A DNA stretch of 64,000 nt from Octopus sinensis (GCF_006345805.1 NC_043025.1:2108001-2172000); one strand, 5' to 3'; positions 1 to 11,866 are shown, counted from the first letter of the stretch. Numbers and translations are program-made. The notes: generated by a model from the letters alone, not told the origin.

Positions 1-134
1 ACGTAGAAATCTATTTTGAATAAATATATGCTCTCCGTATATGTTTGCAACACTTCAGGTATCATTGTCCTCAAATCAGCCAGCAGGTCCAAACAATTTA
101 TTTCCAACGTTAACTACTGCTTCTGCTACTACGA

Positions 135-198
<64 letters not shown>

Positions 199-247
199 AA
201 CTACTACTACTGGCTTCTCTCATGTCCATATTTTGCTTCTTTTTCAG

Positions 248-362
248 TGGTTTGTGATGAAAGCACAACATCAACTAACAATGGAACTTTCTCTTGGCCA
301 ATGACAAAAATAGGAACTACTGCAGAGATCCCATGTCATGGAAATGTAGCCACAAGGCATTG
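248..362 (+). CDS. Exon of adhesion-GPCR-type gene, N-terminal half of hormone receptor (HRM) domain
   Basis: ttttcag acceptor and TG|gttcgt donor; translates VCDESTTSTNNGTFSWPMTKIGTTAEIPCHGNVATRH(C), matching the HRM pattern C..W P.T..G....PC...ATR.C; phase-2 end joins the next exon to give TGT (Cys). Confidence 0.85.
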
Positions 363-676
363 GTTCGTTTGTATTAATTTATGTCTACTCAAAGTTTGAA
401 GCTTTCAGCGCCATCCTATTGTGAGAGAATGTTACTTGGTAGAGCAGATAACAGCTTTATAGATTAACACGATAGAATTAAACGTCCATCGGTTGCAATC
501 TCTTGTCCCACCATTTTTACATTTTATACATTATTTGATATAATTTAGCCTTGTCCTAATTACCTAGATTTGCTTTGTCGCCAATATTATACAAAGCTTT
601 CATTTCATTGGTTTTTATGTTCTGAGTTCAAATTCCGCTAAGGTCGACTTTGCGTTTAATTTTTTCTCAGGTCGTT

Positions 677-915
677 GAAATAAATACCTATTTCTTTATT
701 ACCCACAAGGAGCTAAACACAGAGGGGACAAACAAGGACAGACATAGGTATTAAGTCGATTACATCGACCCCAGTGCGTAACTGGTACTTAATTTATCGA
801 CCCCGAAAGGATGAAAGGCAAAGTCGACCTCGGCGGAATTTGAACTCACAACGTAACGCAGACGAAATCCCACTAAGCATTTCGCCTGGCGTGCTAACGT
901 TTCTGCCAACTCGCC
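677..915 (-). mobile_element. tRNA-derived SINE (family A)
   Basis: Reverse strand reads ggcgagttggcagaaacgttagcacgcc..gagttcaaattccgccgaggtcgactttgcc..; many related copies in the window. Confidence 0.8.
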
Positions 916-1027
916 GTTGAAATAAAAACCAATTGAGCACTGGGGTTGGTGTAAACGACTCATCCCTTCCCCTGAAATTGCTGGCATTGTGCCAAAATTT
1001 GAAACCAATATTAGACAAGTCTTTATG

Positions 1028-1235
1028 GTGGAGAGCTGGCAGAATCGTTATGGCACCGGACAAAATGCTCAGCAGCATTTTTCCGACTTTACATTCTGAG
1101 ATCAAATGCCACCAGGGTCGACTTTGTCCTTCATCCTTTCCGGATTGATAAAATAAATACCAATTAACCACTGGCGATCTATGTAATCCCAAAATATCTA
1201 GCCTTATTCCAAAATTTGAAATCAGTATTATACAA
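1028..1235 (+). mobile_element. tRNA-derived SINE (family A, diverged)
   Basis: gagctggcagaatcgtt..gagatcaaatgccaccagggtcgactttgtcc, homologous to 677-915. Confidence 0.7.
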
Positions 1236-2008
1236 AGATTTAAAGATTCTTCTAAGAATTTCACAAAATAATTGTAGGAAAGAAAGCACATACCTAGATA
1301 CAGCCAATAGAATCTATCGGTGATTCTGTTGGTTTCAGGCTAATACTATTTATTCAATTTTATGATTACTGTAGAGCTATATATCTTGCTAGTACATGAT
1401 GGTCATCCTGGGATTTCACTCATCACAGACTATGTTACACGGTCTCTCTTCTCTCATTTCTACCACGTCACTCCACAGGTTAAGCATCTAAATTGTTCCT
1501 CCCAGAGGCTGAGCTTTATTAGTTTTAAGACAAGACCAACTGGTGGAATCACTCAAATCTGTGCATATGTAGGAAAATATACATAAATCCATTGCTGCCG
1601 CTGTTGCTACCGATGTCTATGGTGGCGAAATATTAGCAACTAATTCCCCCATTTAACTTGAACTAACAACCTGGTTCCTTAATATTGCATCACCTACACC
1701 GTTCCAACTAATCTTGTATTGAATAATCATAAAAACAACAAATTATTGTAAATAAAAGCAGATGCAGGAATATTGTTTTTATATCTGAACTCTAGTTAGA
1801 AGATATTTGACATTACGTTTGAGGATAGGGGTCAGGAGTAAATTATAGATTTCTTCCCTAAATGCAAGACACCAGTTATCCTTCTTTCACTAAATTATGA
1901 GTTCAAATCACGACCAGATCGAAGGTTTCCTATATTCCTCTGAGACTGATGAAATTCTCCGAAGAATGAATAAACTCGACTGACAATATTTAACATTTAT
2001 TTTTTCAG

Positions 2009-2178
2009 TTCTTCCAGAACGATGGGGCATCCAGAAATGGCATCAAGTCAAAACATGTCATCACAAAAGTGTTCACCGTTTACTGGTATCTGGCAAGAAC
2101 CAGACATGTCTCAATGTTGCAATGCAGAACAGACCACTCAAGGACTAAAGGATATCGAAAGCAAAGGCATTGATGTTG
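2009..2178 (+). CDS. Exon of adhesion-GPCR-type gene, C-terminal half of HRM domain and linker
   Basis: tttttcag acceptor and G|gtgagt donor; SSRTMGHPEMASSQNMSSQKCSPFTGIWQEPDMSQCCNAEQTTQGLKDIESKGIDV contains the HRM W..PD.S.C motif; 170 nt, phase 2 to phase 1. Confidence 0.85.
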
Positions 2179-2287
2179 GTGAGTGAGCAAATGTTTTTGA
2201 ATGACTTTTACAGTAGTAGAAGTAGCAGGATGAGAAGTAATTTTTGTGAGTGATTTTCTGTCTGTTTAACAATATTAATCCTTAAAT

Positions 2288-2460
2288 TAGGCGGTAAGCT
2301 GGCAGAATCGTTAGCAGACCGGGAGAAATGCTTTGCATTATTTCGTCCGTCTTTACGTTCTGAGTTCAAATTCCGCCGAGATTGACTTTGCTTTTCATCA
2401 TTTCTGTGTCGATAAAATAAGCGAAAGTTGAGCTCTGGGTCAATGTAATCAACTTAACCC
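2288..2460 (+). mobile_element. tRNA-derived SINE (family A)
   Basis: ggtaagctggcagaatcgttagc..gagttcaaattccgccgag; further partial copies at about 600-660, 3510-3615, 20800-20925(-), 29215-29400(-), 59073-59280 and 63115-63290(-). Confidence 0.7.
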
Positions 2461-2814
2461 CCTACACCGAATCTGCTGGTCACGTACCAATATTTGAAAC
2501 CTGTATTGTTCCTTTGATTATGCCCTTTTATTTACACGATTTATTAATTTCATATTCATTTCATTCATCGTTTGCAATGTTCTCTCTCCCAAACTTTCTC
2601 TCTCCATCTCTCTCTCTCTCCCTCTCTCTCTCACACACACACACACACACTGGTGGAATCAAACACCACGACATGAAGGAAAAGAGTAAAAGAGAGCGCT
2701 TTTGGCGAGTGAGCAAAATATTGGTTTGAAAGTTAAACGACAGAAACAAAATTTCGGCGATAAACTCGCACGCAGTCACAGTAGTTCGGTATGACGTTGG
2801 AAAACTGAAGTGAA

Positions 2815-2953
2815 CAGGGGAGAAGCTACCACATGGTTACGGGTTCAGTCCCAATGCGTGGCACTTTGGGTAAGTGTTTTCTACTATAGCCTCGGGCCAA
2901 ACAAATCCTTTTGAATGGATTTGGTTGACGGAAACTGAAAGAATCCCGTCAGA

Positions 2954-2955
<2 letters not shown>
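2815..2955 (+). mobile_element. tRNA-derived SINE (family B, partial)
   Basis: accacatggtt..ggttcagtccc..ttgggtaagtgttttctactatagcc, homologous to 40261-40645 and 56502-56670. Confidence 0.7.
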
Positions 2956-2994
<39 letters not shown>

Positions 2995-4154
2995 TTTTTA
3001 AGTGTATATGTGATTATGAATTTGTATTTTTATCTACGTATGTGGGTTTTATGTGCATCTATGACGTGTGTCTCATTTATAAACTCAGTGATTATTTTCT
3101 ATATCAATCCATAGGCCGGACCAAATCCTTCGTATTTCGTTTGATTTTAAAGATGATCAACGAACGTAAAATCCCTGCTGAGAACGTATCAAGTGCCGTG
3201 AGTAGATATCTGCCCTCTCTCTTTCTCCGCACTCTCACACATACACACGCACTGACCACGCGCACACATGCATACACATACATACATATTTTATAGGAGA
3301 AAAGCAAAACCGTGAATTTAAATAGTGAGTTCAATACGTTTAGTGGATAGTGATATCGATTTTGTTAAATGACAACAGGTATTTTAAAGTTTAGCCTGAT
3401 CAGCTTAAACACATAAATACATACATATATGTAAATACATATTAAATTCAAATGTACAATTAAGTATTATATGCGTATTTATTTATCATTTGATTCCCTA
3501 CATATTCTGCGGCGAGCTGGAAAAATCGTTTGTACGCCGGGCAAAATGCTAAGCGGTAATTTTATATTTTGAATTCAAATTCTACCACAGCCGACTTTGC
3601 CTTTCATCCTTTAATCGTTTTTACTACGCCTCTGTATGAGTATTTACTCCACTGCCAAGCTTCGTTGAGCTAGTGTGATCTGTTAGGTTCATCGAACTAG
3701 TATACTCTCGAGGTCAAAACACGGCCTCCACATCAGACAGGGTTGGTATAGAGAGTATGCTGAGACCTTCATTCTGCTGTGGAATGAACATCGGCAATCA
3801 AATGCAATCCATATGTTCATAATTTGTATGCATGTAAGTATATATAGACTTTTATACAGACATGTAAATATACTGAGACATGAACATGCAGTAGACCGTA
3901 GTAAGGGAATGCGAATTAATTGTATTTGGGTTTCATGAAATTCAGACAATCAACTCCATTTACTGATAGTAAATTATTACATAAAAAATCTTTTTTAACT
4001 CACCGAATTTTTGCTGGTCAATAAAAAGAATGTTTGATCCACTGTTTTGTCTTTAAAAGAAGTTCACACAATGAACATCATTTATATATTCCGTGATATA
4101 ATTTCCGATTGTGACAGTATATGAGATCGCACTCAATTATTCATTAATCTTGTC

Positions 4155-4207
<53 letters not shown>

Positions 4208-4470
4208 ACTCACACACACACACACACAAGTGCTCGAACACGCACACACGCATATGTACATATGTAACCACACACTTCATTTTGGTAATATTTTCCTTCT
4301 CTCAGCTTTTCAGTTTTCATTTCTGACAAAGAGCTATGCTCGAAACGTTAAAAACTCTTTCTTTTCCTCCACTTTACCGAGCGTCCAGCTAATATATTCC
4401 ATGCGCACGTCCTCTTGTCTTTTGTTATTGTTAATTTTAAAGCTCTACTCTTCAAATTTTACTATTCGAT

Positions 4471-4531
<61 letters not shown>

Positions 4532-4555
4532 TAAATATATATATATGTTACAGAT

Positions 4556-4870
4556 GAGAAAATAATTTTATTCTCAAACGTAGGATAATGTTAATGATAT
4601 AGCATGAACAGGATAAAAACTGTCGGCGACCTGTCATGAGCCTCGAACTCACATCCCTGTGATTAAGCAATTTCTAAAGTTAGATTTATATATCCTAAAT
4701 TTGCAGCAGAATTGTCGTTCGGGCAGTTTAGCCTAATGGTAAAGCACTTGACGCGTAATCACAGGGATGTGAGCTTCAGTCTCACTGCTTAGCCGCAAAA
4801 TATGGATATTTTATTCTGTTCACACTATATTATCATTATCCTGATTTGAAAATGAAATTATTTCCTTATC
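4556..4870. mobile_element. Head-to-head inverted pair of tRNA-derived SINE copies (4556-4676 minus, 4725-4870 plus)
   Basis: Both contain taatcacagggatgtgag and a shared body (ctgttca..ctatat..attatcct..ttgaRaat); the plus copy has A-box-like tagcctaatgg. Confidence 0.55.
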
Positions 4871-4945
4871 CCTATCTTTCAATACATCTCAACGCTTTTA
4901 AATCAAACTTTGTTCCTTGAATTTAATTTATATATATATATACTA

Positions 4946-5089
4946 AAAATAAGCAGCAAGAATGACTCCGGTAATTTGGTACGATCGTTTCTTACTACAT
5001 CATTTTATTAAATGTTGTAACATTTGATAAAATGATGTAGTACGAAATGATCATACCAAATTACCGGAGTCATTCTTGCTGCTTATTTT
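4946..5089. repeat. 144-bp near-perfect palindrome (hairpin / foldback MITE-like)
   Basis: 71-bp arms with 4 mismatches and a 2-nt loop; outer 36 bp are a perfect inverted repeat. Confidence 0.9.
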
Positions 5090-5628
5090 GATTATAATCA
5101 CCCCACGGCTTTTTATGGATAATACCATACAGAATTCTGGTGCATCTAAATTAAGTACCATATTGATTTGAATCTAAATTTTTGCTGAACTTATATATAT
5201 ATACATCCGGCTTTTGCAGATGGAGCATGAGTTTTTGACCGTGACTGGAAAATTCAGAGTTGAATATCCTGGGTAAGCAAAAGCTTCTAACACATTTATT
5301 CAAATTTATTTGGTTTTGTTCCAAACATTCGATTTTATCGCATGTATTATATATGACAATAATCAACAGTGTTGTACTTGTGACCCGCAATATACTAATT
5401 CATACATTCGATGAAATGTTTAGGTGTTTTCTCAAGGTTTTATTATACAGAGGACAAACAAACCCATATAAAGATACAGAGAGAACTGCGTATATATATA
5501 CATACATACCTTTATATACATATATACATATATATGTATATATATACATACATACACACACACACTCATATATATATATATATATATATATAAACATATA
5601 TATATATATACATACATACACACACACA

Positions 5629-5671
<43 letters not shown>

Positions 5672-5861
5672 ATAAAATCGATATTTAAATACCGATTTTA
5701 TCAGGTGGCCAGTATGGGAATAAACACCTTTCAAAGTTAATAATTATTTAAAAATAAAATAAAGTGTTTCTAAGAGATACCACCACGCTGAAAATAGCAG
5801 TCAAAACTTTACTTGAGAGAAGGCGAAGAGACAAAATAAACTACCAAAAAAGTACTGGATA

Positions 5862-5920
5862 ATTCCAGATTCCGGATTTCTGACTCTGCATAAGAAATGC
5901 TCTGCCTTCATCAGTGGAAT
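5862..5920 (-). ncRNA. Type I hammerhead ribozyme motif in a small microsatellite-flanked repeat
   Basis: AUUCCA-CUGAUGA-A-GGC.AGA.GCAU(UUCUU)AUGC.AGA.GUC-A-GAAA-UCCGGA-AUC^-UGGAAU: perfect 6-bp stem I, intact core, AUC cleavage triplet, palindromic loop III. Confidence 0.65.
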
Positions 5921-6389
5921 ATACTCGGAAAGTAAATAAATACAAACAAATATATATATATATATATATATACACACAACATACGATAAACTTACGTATA
6001 CGAACGTATATATATACACACACACACAAACACATATATATATATATATACACACATATATATATGAGTGTGTATATATAAATTAAGGTGGCTATCAGCA
6101 ATTTAAAACCAACCAGGAAATTACATATATATATATGAATTGTGTATACAAATTCATACACGGAGAGCAGACCACCATGTGGATTCCTTACATGCTAAAG
6201 AGGGCAACTCACGGTACTGGACGATTATGTTCTTAAGGCCAACTTTTACTCACCCGCTTGTAGTTCTAGCCTTCTTCACTAATTCTGTTCTCAACTATAC
6301 TGAATGCGGTTATTTTAGCTATGATGATCCAATCCTATGCTATATTTGAATATAAAAATAATTGAAACAAAACAATTAATTTCTTTAAG

Positions 6390-6493
6390 TGTTCAAAGTG
6401 AACTGCGGCGCAATATCTCCCAAGTTTTGAACAAATCTCAGGCATTGCTTAACATAGGAATTCAGAAACTTCACTTGAAATTGCTTGATGAAA
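6390..6493 (+). pseudogene. Possible frameshifted next exon of the adhesion-GPCR gene (alternatively a first exon ending ATG AAA)
   Basis: ttctttaag acceptor and strong gtaagt donor; 104 nt, one base short of a symmetric phase 1-1 exon; restoring one base gives VFKV-x-TAAQYLQVLNKSQALLNIGIQKLHLKLLDE, helical-looking; no motif-level proof. Confidence 0.22.
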
Positions 6494-7203
6494 GTAAGTA
6501 CCGTGTTTCTTATTAATTTTATTTTGCGCTTTTCCGTTTCTTGTCTCTACGGAACTGTTTGTCTTTGTTCATTTTCTTTTTAATTATACTAATTAACCGA
6601 GGGCAAAAATGTTTTCTTCTTATTTTGTATAGAAGTAGAAGATGCAGACTCTACTGCGCAGAAAAATTCACACAATTCCAGTACTTGCTTTAATTCAAAC
6701 AGGAAAAATATTTAGAGCTGCAAATAATTTTCCTCGGCGGAATTTCATTTTGTTTGAAGTGATCATGTTAATTTTTACCTTAGGATCGATAGATACACAC
6801 ACAGCTTATACGCTTTAACTCACCTCTAAGGGATATACAAGAGGAACAAATCACATCCCATTGCCGAACAATGATATAATTTTTTTGACTTCGTTTCCAT
6901 TCATTTCATTTTACCACTGACAAACCATTATAAAGTCTATCTATTTCCAGCATAAATGAGGTTTATGCGCATCCGGTTAGTGTGTCTAAGTATTGGTCAA
7001 TATTGACGAAATGCAACAATAGAGTCCGCGAAACAGACAGTAGCATTTTTACTAGTCAAATCTCGTAACAAATTATATATTGCTCGAGAAAATGTAAAAA
7101 TATATATACATATACACATACATATTTCGGGATGGTCATGTTATTTATTATTTAAAAAATATATAAATGAATAAATATATGTGTGCATATATATATTGTG
7201 TGC

Positions 7204-7365
7204 CCAGGTAGAGTACACGGGGATCTCTACGTACAACAGTGTTCGGGCAAACAGATCACATTGGCATAATTTGAAGAATGCTGTCAAAGTAGTTCCTCAT
7301 GGATTCAGATCTACGTTTCAAGCATTGTCTTCTGTGAAATATACACGCTGGCCATTTTCAAGATG
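7204..7365 (-). mobile_element. Helitron Rep/helicase gene relic
   Basis: HLENGQRVYFTEDNA*NVDLNP*GTTLTAFFKLCQCDLFARTLLYVEIPVYSTW matches the conserved Helitron RepHel segment HLENGQRVYF...TTLTAFF.LC..D.FA.TLLY...P.YYTW; two stops. Confidence 0.85.
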
Positions 7366-7729
7366 TACAGATGGATTTTAAGAAAGTGTTCCTACATGTA
7401 AACAGGATGTGACCTTTGTGTTGACAGTGTATTTCTCTAAAAGCAGAACAGTTCTTCCATCAGCGCTTGTCAATTGGCTGAAGTAACATGAAAGGCATCG
7501 TCATTCATGGTATATTCGTGAATAAGTCACAAACTGAAATACGTTGATCTATTGTTTAGGGAAATATTATTTACTTGTTTAAGGGTTGTACTGGATGCAT
7601 AGCGAAAACAGCTCTAACAGTTCAAATAGTAAGAAATAAACATATATATGTATATATATACAAATTAATACTATACGGTAATTAATGTGCTTAAAATTTT
7701 ATATTTTATGTTTTTCATTATGTTTCCAG

Positions 7730-7782
7730 GTTCAAGTACTGGTAATGGAACAGAGGATAGAACAGCAGAAACAAACTTTTGA
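7730..7782 (+). CDS. Candidate short phase-1 terminal exon, copy 1: (G)SSTGNGTEDRTAETNF*
   Basis: Strong tgtttccag acceptor; frame and stop position conserved in the paralogue at 13061-13113. Confidence 0.45.
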
Positions 7783-7849
7783 ATGAAAATCGAAAAAGAG
7801 CCTCCAAGAATCGTCTTTGATGATATTTTATGCTATAAAACGATATGTT

Positions 7850-8045
7850 CTTCATATATAATATAAAATAATATTTTCTCCATATATAATATATAAAATA
7901 ATATTTTCTCCATATATTATATAAAATAAAATTTTGTTCATATATAATATGAAATAATATTTTTTCCATCTATAATATAAATTAATATTTTCTCCATATA
8001 TAATATAAAATAATATTTTCTCCATATACAATATAAAATATTTTT
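7850..8045. repeat. AT-rich minisatellite, about 27-bp unit (atataatataaaataatatttttctcc), about 7 copies
   Basis: Direct tandem units visible; only one unit-like stretch at the paralogous site near 13165-13205. Confidence 0.8.
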
Positions 8046-8641
8046 TCCTTGTAACGACACTATAATTCTACCTTTCAATACAACACTATGCATGCATGAG
8101 ACTGTATAATCCACCATAATGTAATTTCCACAAGTTTCAGGGCCTCACTATGGCTTGAAACAGAAAATATTGCATGATTTGAAATTATATTGATATTCTA
8201 TCTTCTTGCCAATTTAATGTAATCAATGTAAGCTTTAAAATTGTTAAATAAAGGATTAAATCTAATCTGTTGCTACCGTTCGTTTTCTAGATGAAATACT
8301 GTAATACCGCAGACTAAGATCAAATACCACCGGAAGAGGCATTGATTCCATTTGTTATTTTAAACATTCCACTAAAATGTTAAAACTTGCAAAATGTATC
8401 ATGTTGATTAGATTTACGATCATTTATCTAATTAGTATTATCAGGTCATTCAACTGACATTGTTCAAGTAATCAACATTTCACAAACAGCTACATTCCAA
8501 TCAAAGCAACGGACGTAGATTTGTCTTCTACACGTTCATGTCTACTTTCACTCCATCAATGTTACACTAACACGAGACTGCGCACGCCTCCATGTCTTCA
8601 ATGAAGTAGTTTCTTAGTTATATTCTCTACATGATATTCAG

Positions 8642-8774
8642 GCCCATTAGGCCGCAGTCTCTCTCAGTATCCAACATATTCCAACACCCGGGGATAGAAG
8701 ACACCCCACTAAAAGAGATGCCAGTCTGTTGCAAGTTTAACCCTTGGTTGTTGCTGGTATTTCTTCTCAGATGA
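8642..8774 (+). pseudogene. Frameshifted copy of a candidate hydrophobic-tailed terminal exon
   Basis: tattcag acceptor; after a 1-nt deletion reads [39 protein letters not shown]; paralogue of 16745-16875. Confidence 0.3.
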
Positions 8775-8831
8775 GTGCAGTGGAAGTGTTTTCTAGTTGA
8801 CAGAACTCTTCGAGCCAATGGTCTATGTGCC

Positions 8832-8894
<63 letters not shown>

Positions 8895-8932
8895 ACATAT
8901 ATGTATATATATGTATATATATATATATACAT

Positions 8933-9066
<134 letters not shown>

Positions 9067-9751
9067 GTGTGTGCTTTTTAGCTTCTTCTGTCTTCCGGAT
9101 CTTTGGTCGCTCTCTTGTCAACCGGAACACAACTACTTTCTTCTTTTCTACTCTGCTTGGTGTTGTTAAATGAAATATAGCTTTGTATCGTCATAGCTCA
9201 GTCAATTCTACTACTAAGTCTGTCTAATGCGTGGCCTGTGGTTTTAGAAGTCTTTATACAACGCCTTAACTAAAGTATTATTCTGTTTCCGTCTTATATA
9301 AAATTTTGTATGGATACAACTGCTTACAAAAATAGGGATTAATGTATAATTTCTTTCTATCTTCATAATTAAATCAATGTTTCAATGATTAGACAGAGGT
9401 CCAATAGAATAGCTCTCAGAAAAAGACTAAGTACAATTTCGTTCTTCATAACTCCTGAACCTATTTTCTGACAATGGTGGGGATGTCAGGAATTGTTCCT
9501 ACAGCCGGAGGCTCCGATTGAAACAGGGGACCCGAAATGATTAGGTTGAGAAAGATTATAATATGTAAGCATTAAAAACATTATTTTTATGTGGTAAATG
9601 GCAATAAATTTTACAGAGGTTTTCTGCTGCTGTTAACTTTCAACAATTCGACAAGTTGTTTTCTGTTGATGTTGATGTTGCTGTAGTTAGCAGTAGTCGT
9701 ACTAGTAAATATTGTGTTTGTAGTATATAATTTTCATATCTAATATTACGG

Positions 9752-9935
9752 CCTGTATGCCGGTTCGCATTATCAACGAACGGTGTTACGCTGAAGACTG
9801 AAAAGTCCTGCAGCACATACAGGAAACGAGTTCAAGCTATGGTAGACAATATCTTTACATGCATTAACTGGACCAGTGGCATTTCCTGTGCTGGTTGCTG
9901 CGTCGGAAACTTATGTAACGAGAAAGATTTCATTG
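9752..9935 (+). CDS. Ly6/uPAR (three-finger, LU-domain) coding exon, possibly pseudogenic
   Basis: PVCRFALSTNGVTLKTEKSCSTYRKRVQAMVDNIFTCINWTSGISCAGCCVGNLCNEKDFI with the diagnostic CCxxxxCN end; G|gtaagg donor (phase 1); the expected acceptor reads ttacgg rather than ttacag. Confidence 0.65.
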
Positions 9936-10117
9936 GTAAGGGTTATTTATTGCCTAATATAACACCACCACCAGATTTATCACAAATTAATAGTCAATAA
10001 GAACATTGTATTGTAGTTAATATAAAGGAAGATATTTTGATGCGTGTATACGTGTGTGCATGTGTGTATATGTGTGTATGCACCTGCGGCAGTGCATTCA
10101 CACATACATACTCACAG

Positions 10118-10171
<54 letters not shown>

Positions 10172-10689
10172 ATATATGTATTGGTTTTTCATTCGTTTTA
10201 GGTCCATTATCCACGCATGCACCTATATTAATGAAATATTTTGAAGCCAGCATTTTTTCTGAATTAGAATGAAATTGAAGGCTGCTGGTATTTACACAAA
10301 GGATTCTTCGCTACATGCATACAAGACACTAACTGTTCCGTTCCTTTGTTCCAACTATAACAAGCTGAGACAAAATTCTTAATTTTTCGCTCGAAGGTCA
10401 TACTGCATCTACTATTTGAAGCCCCTGTTCCTGTACGATTGCCAGTCTATCTATATAAACCACTACAAAACCGGGACACGTTTTCTATAAGTGCAGACAA
10501 ATGAATGTCTATGCTTATAAAATCGATGTTTGAATGGTAGTTCCGTTGCCCAATATATATTTTAGGTTTATCTCCTCAGTATCACACAACCTTGGCACTG
10601 AATGCAATTAACTTTGCCAGAGAGTTACCATCTAGGCAGCTGTTCTCACGAATTCTGGGCTGCAGGTTATTTTGCGGCCAGCGCTTTCC

Positions 10690-11866
10690 ATCTTTCTCCC
10701 ATTCAGCTCCACACACTCATAACCTTAGATATAGCTCTAAAAATGTTGTCCATTCTTCAGCTAAAACAGTCTCCGGTTCTTGTTGTGATGATGGTGGAGG
10801 ATATCGATTCCTTACTTGTTTTTCTAAAATGCACCATAAATGTTCAATAATATTGCGATCTGAAGTCTGTGATGGCCAAGTAAGATTTTCAGCTTCACTA
10901 GAATGTTCCTCAGCCCATTCGTTATCAACTTTGCCTTTGTGAATTGGTGCATTATAATCCTGAAAGATTGTGTTTCTCTCCGGAAACAGTTCCGCAAACA
11001 TAGGTTGAATTTGATGCGATAAAATGCTTAAATAGACTTGACAATTAATTCTACCATGAAGGGAAACCATTGGGCCGGCACATTTCCAAGATATACCTCA
11101 CCAGATCATCACTGATACTCCTCCATGTTGGAAGAAGGCAGTATGGGTTAAATGCTTCTCTTGGCTGTCTCCACACGCATACTTGGCCGGTGGTCGGAAA
11201 TGAAGTAAAGGATGACTCGTCTGAGAAAATAACATTCTTCCACTGCTCTAGGGACCAATTCTGTAGGTTTTTACTTCACTCTAAACGCTTTGCAGCTTTT
11301 GATTTTGAAAGTAGCGGTTTTCTGATTGCGGCCCTCCTGTCAGATCCGGCTTTGTGCAGCTGTCACCAAACAGGTTTTGTGGAAATCGGGTGCTTGATGT
11401 GGTCATTAATTTCTGCGGCAATTTTGGGAGCTGTACTTTTGTGGTCCTTTCTAAAAATTCGCGTAAGAGTCCGACGGTCTCTATCTGAAAGTTTTGGTTT
11501 TCTTCCGGAGTTTTGTGCCGACGAGCAGGTTTTTCCCTCTTTCTCAAAGGCTGTCATTACTTTCGAGATAGTACTTCTTCATGCACCAAACATTTCGGCT
11601 GCTTTCGTTACGCTAGCGCCTGACATATGAGCACCAACAATTTGTCTTCTTTGAACGTCCGATAAATCTGTTACTTGAATGAATTTTAATTACCTTTTTC
11701 TTATGATATCTGAAAAGAAACAGTAATTTTAGCAGAACATATTAAGCAACACTAATAATAAATCAAAACACATAAAAATAAACAAGCTTTTGATGTTTTG
11801 TTGGTATTTCAAAATTATGATGCTATGATGCTAGTTGTTTCCAATTATATTATCGAATCCCTGTAG
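10690..11866 (-). mobile_element. Degenerate Tc1-like (DD34E) transposon
   Basis: GRKPKLSDRDRR..WKNVIFSDES..FQDYNAPIH..WPSQTSDRNIIEHLW in shifting frames; one terminal repeat-like end at about 11835-11866. Confidence 0.85.

Larger units (their letters stand above)
7655..8810 (+). repeat. Segmental duplication, copy 1
   Basis: Collinear homology with 12985-13330, 14200-14425, 15955-16085 and 16620-16900; copy 2 is interrupted by later insertions. Confidence 0.85.

Noticed and set aside
4725-4800. tRNA genes (also 15757-15825 and SINE heads)
   Set aside because: A and B boxes are present but the cloverleaf stems are broken and the sequences continue into repeat bodies; these are tRNA-derived heads, not tRNAs.
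5220-5272. Exon-like segment (ttttgcag ... gtaagc)
   Set aside because: Good splice sites, but phase 1 gives an immediate stop and phase 0 ([18 protein letters not shown]) resembles nothing I recognise; cannot be assigned.
6634-6716. Possible further aGPCR exon (VEDADSTAQKNSHNSSTC..)
   Set aside because: Runs into a stop with no convincing donor and no recognisable GAIN motif.
8627-8818. Minus-strand ORF conserved with 16785-17012
   Set aside because: In this frame second codon positions are among the most changed and the paralogue has an earlier stop; the plus-strand frame explains the pattern better.
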